A program made the position numbers and the translations under genes. This document shows positions 27,971 through 37,486 of a stretch of DNA of 64,000 nt, in pieces; position 1 is the first letter of the stretch; every line of letters starts with the position of its first letter. The stretch is taken from positions 1-64,000 of the IMG/VR virus record IMGVR_UViG_2846893963_000001, one strand, 5' to 3'. The DNA is from a virus (lineage: Duplodnaviria; Caudoviricetes). Below the pieces are notes generated by a model. It ran no database searches. It saw only the letters and a list, made by a program, of their open reading frames with translations, and was not told the origin of the DNA.

Positions 27971-30610
27971 ATGGCTTCGGACGCATCACCCATGTCCGGC
28001 GGCAACCTGCCGACGCTGCCCGTCAAGCGGGTGGTGCGTCCCACTCCCTCCATTCCGGACCATGAAGTTGTGCGCCAGATAGGGAGCGGCGCGTACGGAG
28101 AAGTATGGCTGGCAAAATCCCTGACCGGGGCGTGGCGCGCCGTCAAAATCGTATGGAGGGAGGATTTTGAAGACGAGCGCTCTTTCAACCGGGAATTTGA
28201 GGGCATTCTCCAGTATGAACCCATCGCCCGCAACCATCCGGGGCTGGTCCATATCCTGCATGTAGGGAGGCATGACCAGGATTCCCCGTTTTATTATTAC
28301 GTCATGGAACTGGGCGACGACGCCCGCACCGGAGTTCATATTACACCGGACGAATATATTCCGCGCACGCTCCAGACGGACAAGAAGTTTTCCGGCAACA
28401 AGCCTCTGCCCCTGGATTACTGCCTGGAGGTAGGCAGCCAGCTGGCCCACGCCCTGCTGTACCTGCACAGCAAGAACCTGACGCACCGGGACATCAAGCC
28501 GGCGAACGTCATCTTTGTCAACGGGCGCCCCAAACTGGCGGACATAGGCCTGGTGGCCCATCTGGACCAGCGCAGCTTTGTAGGGACGGAGGGATTCATC
28601 CCCCCCGACGGCCCCGGCACCCGGCGGGCGGACGTTTACGCGCTGGCCAAGGTTCTGTATGAAATCAGCACGGGAAAGGACCGCATGGATTTTCCCGAAC
28701 TCCCGGATGACTTGCCGGAAGGCACCGTGCGCAAGAAATGGCAGGCCTTCAACACCATCATTTGCCAGGCGGCGGAACCCCGCATTGAAGAATGCCCCAT
28801 TGATTCCGCAGAGGAGCTGGCGGAAAAAATAGACGCCCTCCGGGGATATGAAGTGCCTTCCCGTTTCCGTCTTCAGAAGAAAAAGAAACGCCGCAAACTC
28901 AGACGGGCCCTCCAACTTCTGGCTGCAGCCGCCGCCGGAGCCCTGACTGCCTACTGGGGGGCTTTATGGCTCAACAACAGCCAGCATCCGCCGGAGGAAC
29001 CTGCCTCGGATATTCATCCGGATATCCACTCATCCGCTCCGGAAGAAGAATCCCGGACCGGATACGTGCTGGTGACCAGCTCCCCGGCGGGAGCGTCCGT
29101 GTATGATGCGGACGGCAACTATCTGGATGAAACTCCCTATGGCCCCATTGAACTGCCTTCCGGCTCCCCGGTAGCCTATACCATCAAGAAATCGGGGTTT
29201 GCGGACAAAGAAGAGGCGGGAACCGTCAAAGGAGGGGCCACGCTGGCCCTGGGCGGCGTACTGAAGGAGTACCATCCCCCTACGGACAGCCAGCCCTGGA
29301 AGGATACGGAGGGTGTTACGTACCTGCCCGCAGAAACGCGCCATGTGGCGCAAGGCCCCCTTACCGCCGCCCTGTTCAACAAATTTCTGAAGGAGGACCG
29401 CCAGAAAGGGAACTTCCAGATGAAAAGGGAACAGACGGAACCGGAGCATCCGGAGAAAGATGTGGCCCTGCTCACGCAGGACGGCATCACGGCCTACCTG
29501 GCGTGGCTGAATAAGAAATGCGAGCGGGAGGGGCTGCTGGGCAAGGAATTTTCCATCAATGCGGATCCGGTTCCGCAGGCTTCCGGCAGCACGGAAAACC
29601 ACAATGCCTACGTCCTGAATGTCACCCGCGTGTTCCAGGTGCCCATTACCGTCACCACTAACCCGCCGGGAGCCAGCGTCTTTTTCAATAACAGGCTCAT
29701 CGGACGTACCCCCATTGAAGAATACGTCAACCAGGTTCCCTACGTCATTGAAATCAAACTGCCGGGGCACGCCACCATGCGTCGCAGGGGGCTGGATCCG
29801 CAGGACTTATACCTTTCCCTGCAGTTGGAACCGGACAAGTCTGTCGTTTTTGGCTCGCCCTGGACCAACAGCCTGGGCATCAAACTGGTCCCTGTGGGAG
29901 GAAATGCTCTGGTCATGACCCACGAAGTGCGCGTAAAGGACTTTCAGGAATTCCTGAAAGCTACCGGAAGGAAAGCTCCGGCCCGGCCCGGCTTTCCCCA
30001 GGGAGAAGACCACCCGGTGGTGAATGTCAGCAGGCAGGATGCGCGCGCCTTCGCCAGATGGCTTACCAGCAAAGAGCGGGCCCTGGGCCTGATTGATCAG
30101 CACGACTCCTACCGTCTTCCCAAGGATGAGGAATGGAGTTCCTGGGTGCGTCTGACGGATGAACAGGGAGCCTCCCCCTATGAAAAGACGCTGCCTCATG
30201 AAAACTCCCGGGAAGCCTTCCCGTGGGGGTATTCATGGCCGCCGCCTGATAAAACGGGAAATTTTGCGGACCAGTCCGCCCTGATTTACCTGCCGTCCTC
30301 CCGCGTTATCGTAGGATATAACGACGGACAGCCGTATACGGCCCCCGTAAAAACCTTTCCGCCCAACCACCTGGGCCTGTACGACCTGGAAGGAAACGTC
30401 ATGGAATGGGTAGACGATTCCTACGGGGGGCCGGAATCCCTCCCCATCCGCAACTACGGCGTCGCCCGCGGAGGCAGCTACCTGTCCTTCCGCCCCAAAC
30501 AGCTCACCACTTCCATCCGCACTCCCCTGCCGGAAAATACGAGGGATAACGCGCTGGGCTTCCGTCTTATCCTGTCTTCCGAACGCCCCGCCATTCCAAC
30601 AGCTCCCTGA
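27971..30610 (+). CDS. Membrane Ser/Thr kinase with PEGA and FGE-sulfatase (SUMF1-like) domains
   Basis: GSGAYGEVW, HRDIKPANV, LADIG. TM helix. Two VTSSPAGASV/TTNPPGASV PEGA repeats. HPVVNVS...GLYDLEGNVMEW...RGGS...GFRL. Confidence 0.9.
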   Translation: MASDASPMSGGNLPTLPVKRVVRPTPSIPDHEVVRQIGSGAYGEVWLAKSLTGAWRAVKIVWREDFEDERSFNREFEGILQYEPIARNHPGLVHILHVGRHDQDSPFYYYVMELGDDARTGVHITPDEYIPRTLQTDKKFSGNKPLPLDYCLEVGSQLAHALLYLHSKNLTHRDIKPANVIFVNGRPKLADIGLVAHLDQRSFVGTEGFIPPDGPGTRRADVYALAKVLYEISTGKDRMDFPELPDDLPEGTVRKKWQAFNTIICQAAEPRIEECPIDSAEELAEKIDALRGYEVPSRFRLQKKKKRRKLRRALQLLAAAAAGALTAYWGALWLNNSQHPPEEPASDIHPDIHSSAPEEESRTGYVLVTSSPAGASVYDADGNYLDETPYGPIELPSGSPVAYTIKKSGFADKEEAGTVKGGATLALGGVLKEYHPPTDSQPWKDTEGVTYLPAETRHVAQGPLTAALFNKFLKEDRQKGNFQMKREQTEPEHPEKDVALLTQDGITAYLAWLNKKCEREGLLGKEFSINADPVPQASGSTENHNAYVLNVTRVFQVPITVTTNPPGASVFFNNRLIGRTPIEEYVNQVPYVIEIKLPGHATMRRRGLDPQDLYLSLQLEPDKSVVFGSPWTNSLGIKLVPVGGNALVMTHEVRVKDFQEFLKATGRKAPARPGFPQGEDHPVVNVSRQDARAFARWLTSKERALGLIDQHDSYRLPKDEEWSSWVRLTDEQGASPYEKTLPHENSREAFPWGYSWPPPDKTGNFADQSALIYLPSSRVIVGYNDGQPYTAPVKTFPPNHLGLYDLEGNVMEWVDDSYGGPESLPIRNYGVARGGSYLSFRPKQLTTSIRTPLPENTRDNALGFRLILSSERPAIPTAP

Positions 30611-30772
30611 CGCCGTATCTGCGGCAGCGGTTTTCCCCGCTCTTTCCCCCTCTGAAACACACCGCCCCCCCAAGGGGGAAAGCCCTGAGGCTTGAGAGAG
30701 CTTCCGGCTCTCCGGGAAAATGATTGAAAGGGCCTCCCGTTATGCTACCATTTTTCCGCATCCTTTTCCTGA

Positions 30773-31543
30773 ATGAAAATCATCGCCATCGCCAACCAGA
30801 AGGGGGGAGTGGGAAAAACCACTACGGCCATCAACATGGCTGCCGCCCTGGCTCAGCTGAAAAAGAAAATCCTTGTCATTGACCTGGACCCGCAGGCCAA
30901 TGCCACCAGCGGCATGGGCATTGACGGAAAAGACATGCCCAGCCTGTATCCGGCCCTGCTCGGCCAGCTTCCGGCGGAAGAGTGCATCCTGCCTTCCGGC
31001 AGGAAACGGCTGGATATCATCCCCTCCACCATGGACCTGGCCGGCGTGGAAATAGAATTGGCCCGTTCCGGCAACCATCTGACCCGCCTCCGGGAAACGC
31101 TCGCTCCCCTGCGGGAGTCAGACACCTATGATTACTGCATCATGGACACGCCACCTTCCCTGGGCGTTTTAATGACCTCCGCCCTGGCCGCCTGCGACGA
31201 AGTGCTGACTCCCCTCCAATGCGAATGGTTCGGTTTGGAAGGGCTGGCCAAGATTCTGCACGTGACGGCGCAAATCTGCGCCAGCGGCGCCAATCCCCGC
31301 ATTCGGCATGAAGGAGTACTGATGACCATGTATGACGGCCGCACCAATCTTTCCCGCCAGGTCATCGACCAGGTGGAACGGCATCTGCCCCAGATGCTGT
31401 ACAAAACGGTCATCCCCCGTTCCATCCGGCTGGGGGAGGCCCCCAGTTTCGGCCACACCATTTTTGAACACGATCCTTCCGGAGCTGCGGCGGACGCCTA
31501 CCTGAAAGCAGCCCGGGAATTCATCAAACGCCATAAACCCTGA
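30773..31543 (+). CDS. parA: ParA/Soj family ATPase
   Basis: [46 protein letters not shown]. Confidence 0.93.
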   Translation: MKIIAIANQKGGVGKTTTAINMAAALAQLKKKILVIDLDPQANATSGMGIDGKDMPSLYPALLGQLPAEECILPSGRKRLDIIPSTMDLAGVEIELARSGNHLTRLRETLAPLRESDTYDYCIMDTPPSLGVLMTSALAACDEVLTPLQCEWFGLEGLAKILHVTAQICASGANPRIRHEGVLMTMYDGRTNLSRQVIDQVERHLPQMLYKTVIPRSIRLGEAPSFGHTIFEHDPSGAAADAYLKAAREFIKRHKP

Positions 31544-31749
31544 ACATTTGAAGAAACAAGCTTCCCGGAATGCCGCAAACCTCTGCGAGAGGAACAGGCA
31601 GAAAGGGCACCGCAGAAAACTTCCTCCTTCATTTTGCCTTCCGGGTTTGTTGCGTCCATTTAACGTCAGGAAAACATCTTCCATACCGCCCCCCCGGAGA
31701 CGGAGGAAAACAGGCATTCCCCTTGACTTGACTTCCACGGCATATAAGA

Positions 31750-34536
31750 ATGCTCCAGCTCCGTTTCAGGAACTTTCCCCTCATGCCAGCAGAAGAAGGC
31801 CAGCCAGACGACCAGCCCCGGGTGACAGGGCAAGTCCCGCCTCCCGCTCCGACGACAGGCCTGGAACAGATTCTGCCCGGACGTCCGCCCCTGCCCCATG
31901 CGGAAGAAAAAGGGGCCTTTTTCGTTTACCAGCGGGAGCTGGCTCCCGGCACGCGCCTGGAACAATATGAAATCATCCGCGTCCTGGGTAGCGGAGGTTT
32001 TGGCATCACATACCTGGCGAAGGATCTGTTCCTGAACCGCAACGTGGTTATCAAGGAAAACTTCCCTTCAAGATACTCCTACCGGGACCCTCTGACCGGG
32101 CATATCCGGCCCAATAATGAACACGATCTGGAAAATTACACCTGGGCTCTGAAAAGCTTTCTGAGCGAGGCTCAGACGCTGGCGGAGCTCAACAACCCCG
32201 GCATCGTCAGAATCCTTTCCGTCTTTGAAGCCAACGGCACGGCCTACTTCGCCATGGAGCATATTACCGGCCTTTCCCTGGATTATCTGGGGGAAAAACT
32301 TCACAGCACCGGGCACCGGTATACGGAAGACGAACTCAAGGGGCTGCTGACGCGCCTGCTCCGGATTCTGGACTATCTCCATTCCCGGCACATTTACCAC
32401 CGGGATATCAAACCCGGCAACATCCTGCTGACGGAGGAAGGCACGCCCGTGCTGATCGACTTCGGAGCGGCACGGCATGCCCTGAAACTTCATGCCGCCA
32501 CCGTCCTGACCACCCAGGGGTATTCCTCCCCGGAACAGGCGCTGGGCAAAACGAATATCGGCCCGTGGAGCGATCTCTATTCCGTAGGGGCCACTTTTTA
32601 CGCCCTGCTTACAGGAAATCCTCCGGACCGCGCGGAAGCGCGCCTGGCGGAAGATGAAATGCAGCCGCTGCACAGCGATCCCGTGCTCACCCGCTATTAT
32701 TCAAGGCAGTTCCTGCTTTCCCTGGACAAGGCGCTGGCCCCCCAGATCAATTGCCGTTACCAGACTGCCGGCGAATGGATTCACGACATTTGCGCCATTT
32801 CCGGGGAAGAATCCTCCGCCACTATTCAAGTCCTCCCGGCAGACCTCCGCCATGCCCATCCGGAAGGAATGCCAACTCCCGGCGCCGGGAAAAACATCGG
32901 CAGCAGAAAGGCCGCCACCGGAACGGACGGTCTTCATTCCGCCTCACGCAGGCAGTCCGCACGCGCTCTTCGCCGCAACCGCCACATGATGTCCCTGCTG
33001 GTAGGAAGCGCATGCACCATCCTGCTGGGAGCGGGAGCATTTTATCTGCTGGATTACATGAAAAAAGCCCCTATGGGCACTACCATCAATACCATCAAGG
33101 AAGCCATCCAGCAGCCCGCGGCAAGCTCCAACGTGGGAGAACCGGAACCGCCGCCACGGGATCTGGCATCCATCCGCATTCCGGAACTCAAAATAACGGA
33201 AGACGCGGCGCTGGAACCGCGGTCGCTGACGGAGTTCCGTTTGCGCCTTGACGACACCATCCTGACCCGTTCCGGGCTTCCTCCCATCCTGCCGGAAAAA
33301 CTGCGCATCTCCTGCATTTATCTCCAAATCATTCCCCCGGCAGCAAACGGGGAAAAACTGTACCTCACCATCCGGGACTCCAACGGCGTCCTGGTAGACC
33401 GCTCCATCAATGCCGTCCCCTCCTTCACGGTGCCGGGGCAATCCACCTCCACCTTTTTCTTTCCCGCACTTCCGGAACTGTCCACGGACCGCACCTACAC
33501 GTACTCCTTTGAAAATGCCGCCCACCAGGCTGTTCCCATGCAAATGGCATGTTTCAAAAACGAGACGAAACGCACGGAGGAAGCCTTCCCGAAAATCCGT
33601 TTCATCGCTGCTCCTCCCGTGCCGGAACCAGCCCTGCTCCATGACCCGGCCTACAAAAATCTTGTGGCGGCAATCGCCGCGCCCTCCCCGGAGAACAAAA
33701 ATATTCTCGACCAGGCAAGTTCCATGCCGGGCATGCTGCCGGCCCTGGAGCAACTTTCCAAAGCCGGCTACCCGATAGCCCAGCAGGCACTGGGGAAAAC
33801 CCTCATGTCTCCGGACTGTCCCGGCGGTTCCAGGCCGGAAGAAGGCGTGGAATGGCTTTACCGTTCCGCCACAGGAGGGTGCTATGAAGCCATGAAAGAG
33901 CTGGGCATCCTGCTCATGGACATCCCCTCCTATTTTCCCCGCATTCCCCAGCAGCCTCCCCTTGCCTCCCGGGATTACGCCCAGGCAGCGCGTTTCCTGA
34001 GAATGGCGGTCCAATACCGGGACCAGGAGGCCCTGTACCTGCTTTCCCTCATGTACTCCCAGGGCTGGGGCGTACCCGCCTCCCCGGAACTTTCCAGCCT
34101 GATGATGGAACGCCTCAATGGATCTTCCTACTCCACGGACAGCCTGAATCCCAACGCGCCTATCGCGGCGTACTGGCTTCCCCTTCCTCTTACCGGAGAA
34201 AAAAACACCATTCTGCGCTTCACTATTCCAGGGCCGTTCGCCCCGTCCCAGCTCAAGGGCGTTACTCTGCACAACACAAGCCTGAAGGATGCCTTCTCCA
34301 TCAGTAAAATCAATATTCTCCAACATGGGCGCCTCATTCTGGATATCATTTCCCCCCAGGAAGTGCTGCCCGGCAAAAGCTCCGCTCCCATAGGCATATC
34401 CATCCCGGAAGGGCTGCTGGCGGATACGACCCTGCCTCTGGAAGTAGAAATTTTGCTGACCCCCGGAAACAGCTGCGGCGTGGTGGAAATGCCCCCTCCG
34501 GTGGAAAAGAAAAACTCCGGAATTGAAATCAATTAA
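31750..34536 (+). CDS. Membrane Ser/Thr kinase with extracytoplasmic Sel1-like repeats
   Basis: LGSGGFGITYLA, HRDIKPGNIL, LIDFG, TQGYSSPEQ. TM helix. Sel1-like AQQALG..., EALYLLSLMYSQGWGV. Confidence 0.88.
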   Translation: MLQLRFRNFPLMPAEEGQPDDQPRVTGQVPPPAPTTGLEQILPGRPPLPHAEEKGAFFVYQRELAPGTRLEQYEIIRVLGSGGFGITYLAKDLFLNRNVVIKENFPSRYSYRDPLTGHIRPNNEHDLENYTWALKSFLSEAQTLAELNNPGIVRILSVFEANGTAYFAMEHITGLSLDYLGEKLHSTGHRYTEDELKGLLTRLLRILDYLHSRHIYHRDIKPGNILLTEEGTPVLIDFGAARHALKLHAATVLTTQGYSSPEQALGKTNIGPWSDLYSVGATFYALLTGNPPDRAEARLAEDEMQPLHSDPVLTRYYSRQFLLSLDKALAPQINCRYQTAGEWIHDICAISGEESSATIQVLPADLRHAHPEGMPTPGAGKNIGSRKAATGTDGLHSASRRQSARALRRNRHMMSLLVGSACTILLGAGAFYLLDYMKKAPMGTTINTIKEAIQQPAASSNVGEPEPPPRDLASIRIPELKITEDAALEPRSLTEFRLRLDDTILTRSGLPPILPEKLRISCIYLQIIPPAANGEKLYLTIRDSNGVLVDRSINAVPSFTVPGQSTSTFFFPALPELSTDRTYTYSFENAAHQAVPMQMACFKNETKRTEEAFPKIRFIAAPPVPEPALLHDPAYKNLVAAIAAPSPENKNILDQASSMPGMLPALEQLSKAGYPIAQQALGKTLMSPDCPGGSRPEEGVEWLYRSATGGCYEAMKELGILLMDIPSYFPRIPQQPPLASRDYAQAARFLRMAVQYRDQEALYLLSLMYSQGWGVPASPELSSLMMERLNGSSYSTDSLNPNAPIAAYWLPLPLTGEKNTILRFTIPGPFAPSQLKGVTLHNTSLKDAFSISKINILQHGRLILDIISPQEVLPGKSSAPIGISIPEGLLADTTLPLEVEILLTPGNSCGVVEMPPPVEKKNSGIEIN

Positions 34537-34621
34537 GCTTCACCGCTTTTCAACGCGAAACAGCAACAGGGAAAACGGAAAACACCCTTGATTCCCGCCT
34601 GGGGCATGCTACAAAGGATAA

Positions 34622-35200
34622 ATGAATGCCCCTGTTTTCCTGCGGCGCATGCTCCCTATGCTGGCCGCGTTCCTGATGGTCTCCTGCGGTGATCCTACCG
34701 TCTCCTACTGGAAAAAGGCGGCGGACATCAATACGGAATACTCGGAAAAAAGCGACGTACTGGTGCAACGCCTCCTGAAACTGAAAAAGAACCCTACCCT
34801 TCCGGGCCTGGAAGAAAGCAGCAGGGATGCGGCTGACCTGTTGCGGGAAAGGGACGAAGAACTGGCGGACCTGAGCACGAAAAACGTGGATCCCGCCGTG
34901 ACGGCCTATGTGGAAGAAGACCGCAAGCTTTTTGCCAGAGGAATGGAATTGGCGGAACGCTACCAGCAATACTTTGAAAAATATCTTAAGGGAGGACCGG
35001 ATTTTACTCCGGATCCTTCCCGGGCCGTCGCCCATATAGGCCGGGGCCGGCAGGAAATACGCAAAATTCTGGCAGAAGCCCGAAAACTGGAAGAACGGGC
35101 TGAAATGCTGAGAAAAGAAAAATCAGCTGAGCTTGAGCAAGAACTTCCTCCGCTGCACTTTCGCCTTCCGGAGTTGAAACAACTTCTATCCAGCCGTTAG
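34622..35200 (+). CDS. Putative lipoprotein (helical)
   Basis: Signal peptide ending in the lipobox LMVSC. Confidence 0.7.
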   Translation: MNAPVFLRRMLPMLAAFLMVSCGDPTVSYWKKAADINTEYSEKSDVLVQRLLKLKKNPTLPGLEESSRDAADLLRERDEELADLSTKNVDPAVTAYVEEDRKLFARGMELAERYQQYFEKYLKGGPDFTPDPSRAVAHIGRGRQEIRKILAEARKLEERAEMLRKEKSAELEQELPPLHFRLPELKQLLSSR

Positions 35201-35464
35201 AAAACGCGTACGAACCATTTGCATCAATGCGGAGTCACCGCCAGTCTGACAGCGGCCTTTACACTGCACGGGCGGACACAACCGGCTCCTGAAACTTTCC
35301 CCGTCCATGTTACGGAAATATCCCTTCCCTGGATTTACAGGAAAAACGAGTCCCCCTGCTGTCCATCGTCGTTTATTTCAGCATTCAAATTTCATTCCCT
35401 GAATACCCCTTAGCACAGGCTTCATAGTTTAAAATTCCAAAGAAGGGGTTTGCCTCCCCTCCAC

Positions 35465-35498
35465 AAAAAAGCCCCGTTCATATTTCATGAACGGGGCT
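35465..35498 (-). terminator. Terminator closing the peptidase/Ig operon
   Basis: AGCCCCGTTCAT-loop-ATGAACGGGGCT followed by TTTTT on the minus strand. Confidence 0.75.
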
Positions 35499-35515
35499 AT
35501 ATTAATTTTTCAAAT

Positions 35516-36208
35516 TCACCTGGGAGTTTGATCAATGACGATAAAATCCTTTTTCCCCACATACTCCCTCCGGGCATCCGGATCTCCATATCCGTCCCGG
35601 AAACGTACTTCCAATTCGTATATTTTCCCGCTGGCCAGAGGTTGTAAACAGGTCAGCAGCAGGTATGCATCCTTGACAGGCACTTCATGTTTCTCTCCGG
35701 GGTTTAGAGTAATAAAGCGCATAAGATTCGCGACACGCTCCATTTGATAGGAGGGAAGATACCATGCCGTTGGCCTTTTTCCCTTCTTTCCGTTTCCCTT
35801 ACTCCATATCTTGATGATCATATTCGGCCCGCGTTCCTTGAGAGGATAGAAGTCGTCGAAAAGACGCACAGCCTTTTCTCCCTTATTGGCAAACACCAGC
35901 TTGAAGTCCGGAAAAGCGGCTCTTGGATCGAACGAAGCCTTTTCCATCACCACGGAACATTCAATCCCGTTATCGGCCATATCCCCCCATGCAGGAGCAT
36001 GGAAGAACAGGCTGGCCAAAAGCCCTAAAATTTGGAAGATTTTTTCATTGCAGCGCGAGCTTTTGGGAGAAGGCGAGAATTCGCGCTTCATCGTCGAGTT
36101 CCCTTCGTACTTCCCTTCCTGGATAGGTTCCTTGTACATCGTGACGTTGAACGCGACCGCATTGCCACTAGAGGGATCGTAAGCGTTATTCTCATACTTT
36201 AAAGCCAC
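35516..36208 (-). CDS. Ig-like paralogue 3. Its own ATG (36048) is out of frame because the A-run is A6, so the domain is in frame with the upstream peptidase remnant
   Basis: T-run 36040-36045 has 6 nt versus 7 nt in the other two copies. The domain keeps the F.N.GE..VR.FDDFYPLK and L.PGE.HEV motifs. Confidence 0.75.
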   Translation of the reverse strand: MALKYENNAYDPSSGNAVAFNVTMYKEPIQEGKYEGNSTMKREFSPSPKSSRCNEKIFQILGLLASLFFHAPAWGDMADNGIECSVVMEKASFDPRAAFPDFKLVFANKGEKAVRLFDDFYPLKERGPNMIIKIWSKGNGKKGKRPTAWYLPSYQMERVANLMRFITLNPGEKHEVPVKDAYLLLTCLQPLASGKIYELEVRFRDGYGDPDARREYVGKKDFIVIDQTPR

Positions 36209-36217
36209 CTTGTAATA
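36061..36217 (-). repeat. Collapsed peptidase-gene remnant, copy 2
   Basis: 157 bp homologous to 38652-38808 (YYKVAL...NAxAFNVTM...EGKYEGNSTMKREFS), joined directly to the last ~17 nt of the peptidase gene. Confidence 0.85.
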
Positions 36218-36227
36218 AAATGTCTCA

Positions 36228-36767
36228 CTATCTCCAGGGCGATTGATCGACCACGGAAAAATCTTTTCTTCCTACATACTTCCTCCGAACACCGGGCTCT
36301 CCATATCCGTCACGAAAGATTACTTCCAACTCATATTTCTCACCATTGCGAAGGCGGCGTGAAGGCCCAAAATAGTGCATCAACAGATACGCATCTTTGA
36401 TGAGCACTTCATGTCTTTCTCCCGGCTTCAACGTGATGAAGTTCAAGAACTGTCCTCGCTCAATGCAATAATGAGGGTAATATGCTGCTACCTTTTCCTT
36501 TTTCTCTTTTGTCAATTTCCAAAAAATCTCTATGGAAATATGCGGACCGTTATCCTTGAGAGGATAGAAGTCATCGAAAAGACGCACGGTCTTTTCGCCC
36601 TTGTTCGTGAACACCAGCTTGAAGTCCGGGAAGGCAGCCCTCGCATCAAATTCGGTTTTTTCCATCACCACGGAGCATTCCACTCCGTTGTCGGCCATGT
36701 CCCCCCATGCCGCGGCATGGAGGGACAGGCTTGCCAGAAGTATTAAATACCGGAAGATTTTTTTCAT
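36228..36767 (-). CDS. Secreted Ig-like paralogue 2 (putative orphan immunity/inhibitor protein)
   Basis: Signal peptide MKKIFRYLILLASLSLHAAAWG. Near-identical ends with paralogue 1 and a divergent centre. Confidence 0.85.
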   Translation of the reverse strand: MKKIFRYLILLASLSLHAAAWGDMADNGVECSVVMEKTEFDARAAFPDFKLVFTNKGEKTVRLFDDFYPLKDNGPHISIEIFWKLTKEKKEKVAAYYPHYCIERGQFLNFITLKPGERHEVLIKDAYLLMHYFGPSRRLRNGEKYELEVIFRDGYGEPGVRRKYVGRKDFSVVDQSPWR

Positions 36768-36779
36768 TGCAGCGCGAGC

Positions 36780-36936
36780 TTTTGGGAGAAGGCGAGAATT
36801 CGCGCTTCATCGTCGAGTTCCCTTCGTACTTCCCTTCCTGGATAGGTTCCTTGTACATCGTGACGTTGAACGCGACCGCATTGCCACTAGAGGGATCGTA
36901 AGCGTTATTCTCATACTTTAAAGCCACCTTGTAATA
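36780..36936 (-). repeat. Collapsed peptidase-gene remnant, copy 1
   Basis: Near-identical to 36061-36217 at a 719-bp offset. Confidence 0.85.
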
Positions 36937-36946
36937 AAATGTCTCA

Positions 36947-37486
36947 CTATCTCCAGGGCGATTGATCGACCACGGAAAAATCTTTTCTTCCTACATACTT
37001 CCTCCGAACACCGGGCTCTCCATATCCGTCACGAAAGATTACTTCCAACTCATATTTCTCACCATTGATAAGACGGCGAAAAGGTTTAAGATAGAGCATT
37101 AGCAGGTACGCATCCTTAATGAGCACTTCATGCTTTTCTCCGGGCTTCAGCGCAATGAAGTTCAAGAAACGTCCTCGCTCAATTTGATACCTGGGGTTGT
37201 ACCACGCAGCTTCTTTCTTCTGCCCTCGTGTTTGTTTTTGAAAAATCTTTATGAAAATATTCGGGCCGTTATCCTTGAGGGGATAGAAATCATCGAACAG
37301 ACGCACGGTCTTTTCGCCCTTGTTCGTGAACACCAGCTTGAAGTCAGGGAAGGCCGCCCTCGCGTCAAACTCGGTTTTTTCCATCACCACGGAACATTCC
37401 ACTCCGTTGTCGGCCATGTCCCCCCATGCCGCGGCATGGAGGGACAGGCTTGCCAGAAGTATTAAATACCGGAAGATTTTTTTCAT
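36947..37486 (-). CDS. Secreted Ig-like paralogue 1 (putative cognate immunity/inhibitor protein)
   Basis: ATG overlaps the peptidase stop (ATGA at 37483-37486). Signal peptide. 179 aa. Confidence 0.85.
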   Translation of the reverse strand: MKKIFRYLILLASLSLHAAAWGDMADNGVECSVVMEKTEFDARAAFPDFKLVFTNKGEKTVRLFDDFYPLKDNGPNIFIKIFQKQTRGQKKEAAWYNPRYQIERGRFLNFIALKPGEKHEVLIKDAYLLMLYLKPFRRLINGEKYELEVIFRDGYGEPGVRRKYVGRKDFSVVDQSPWR

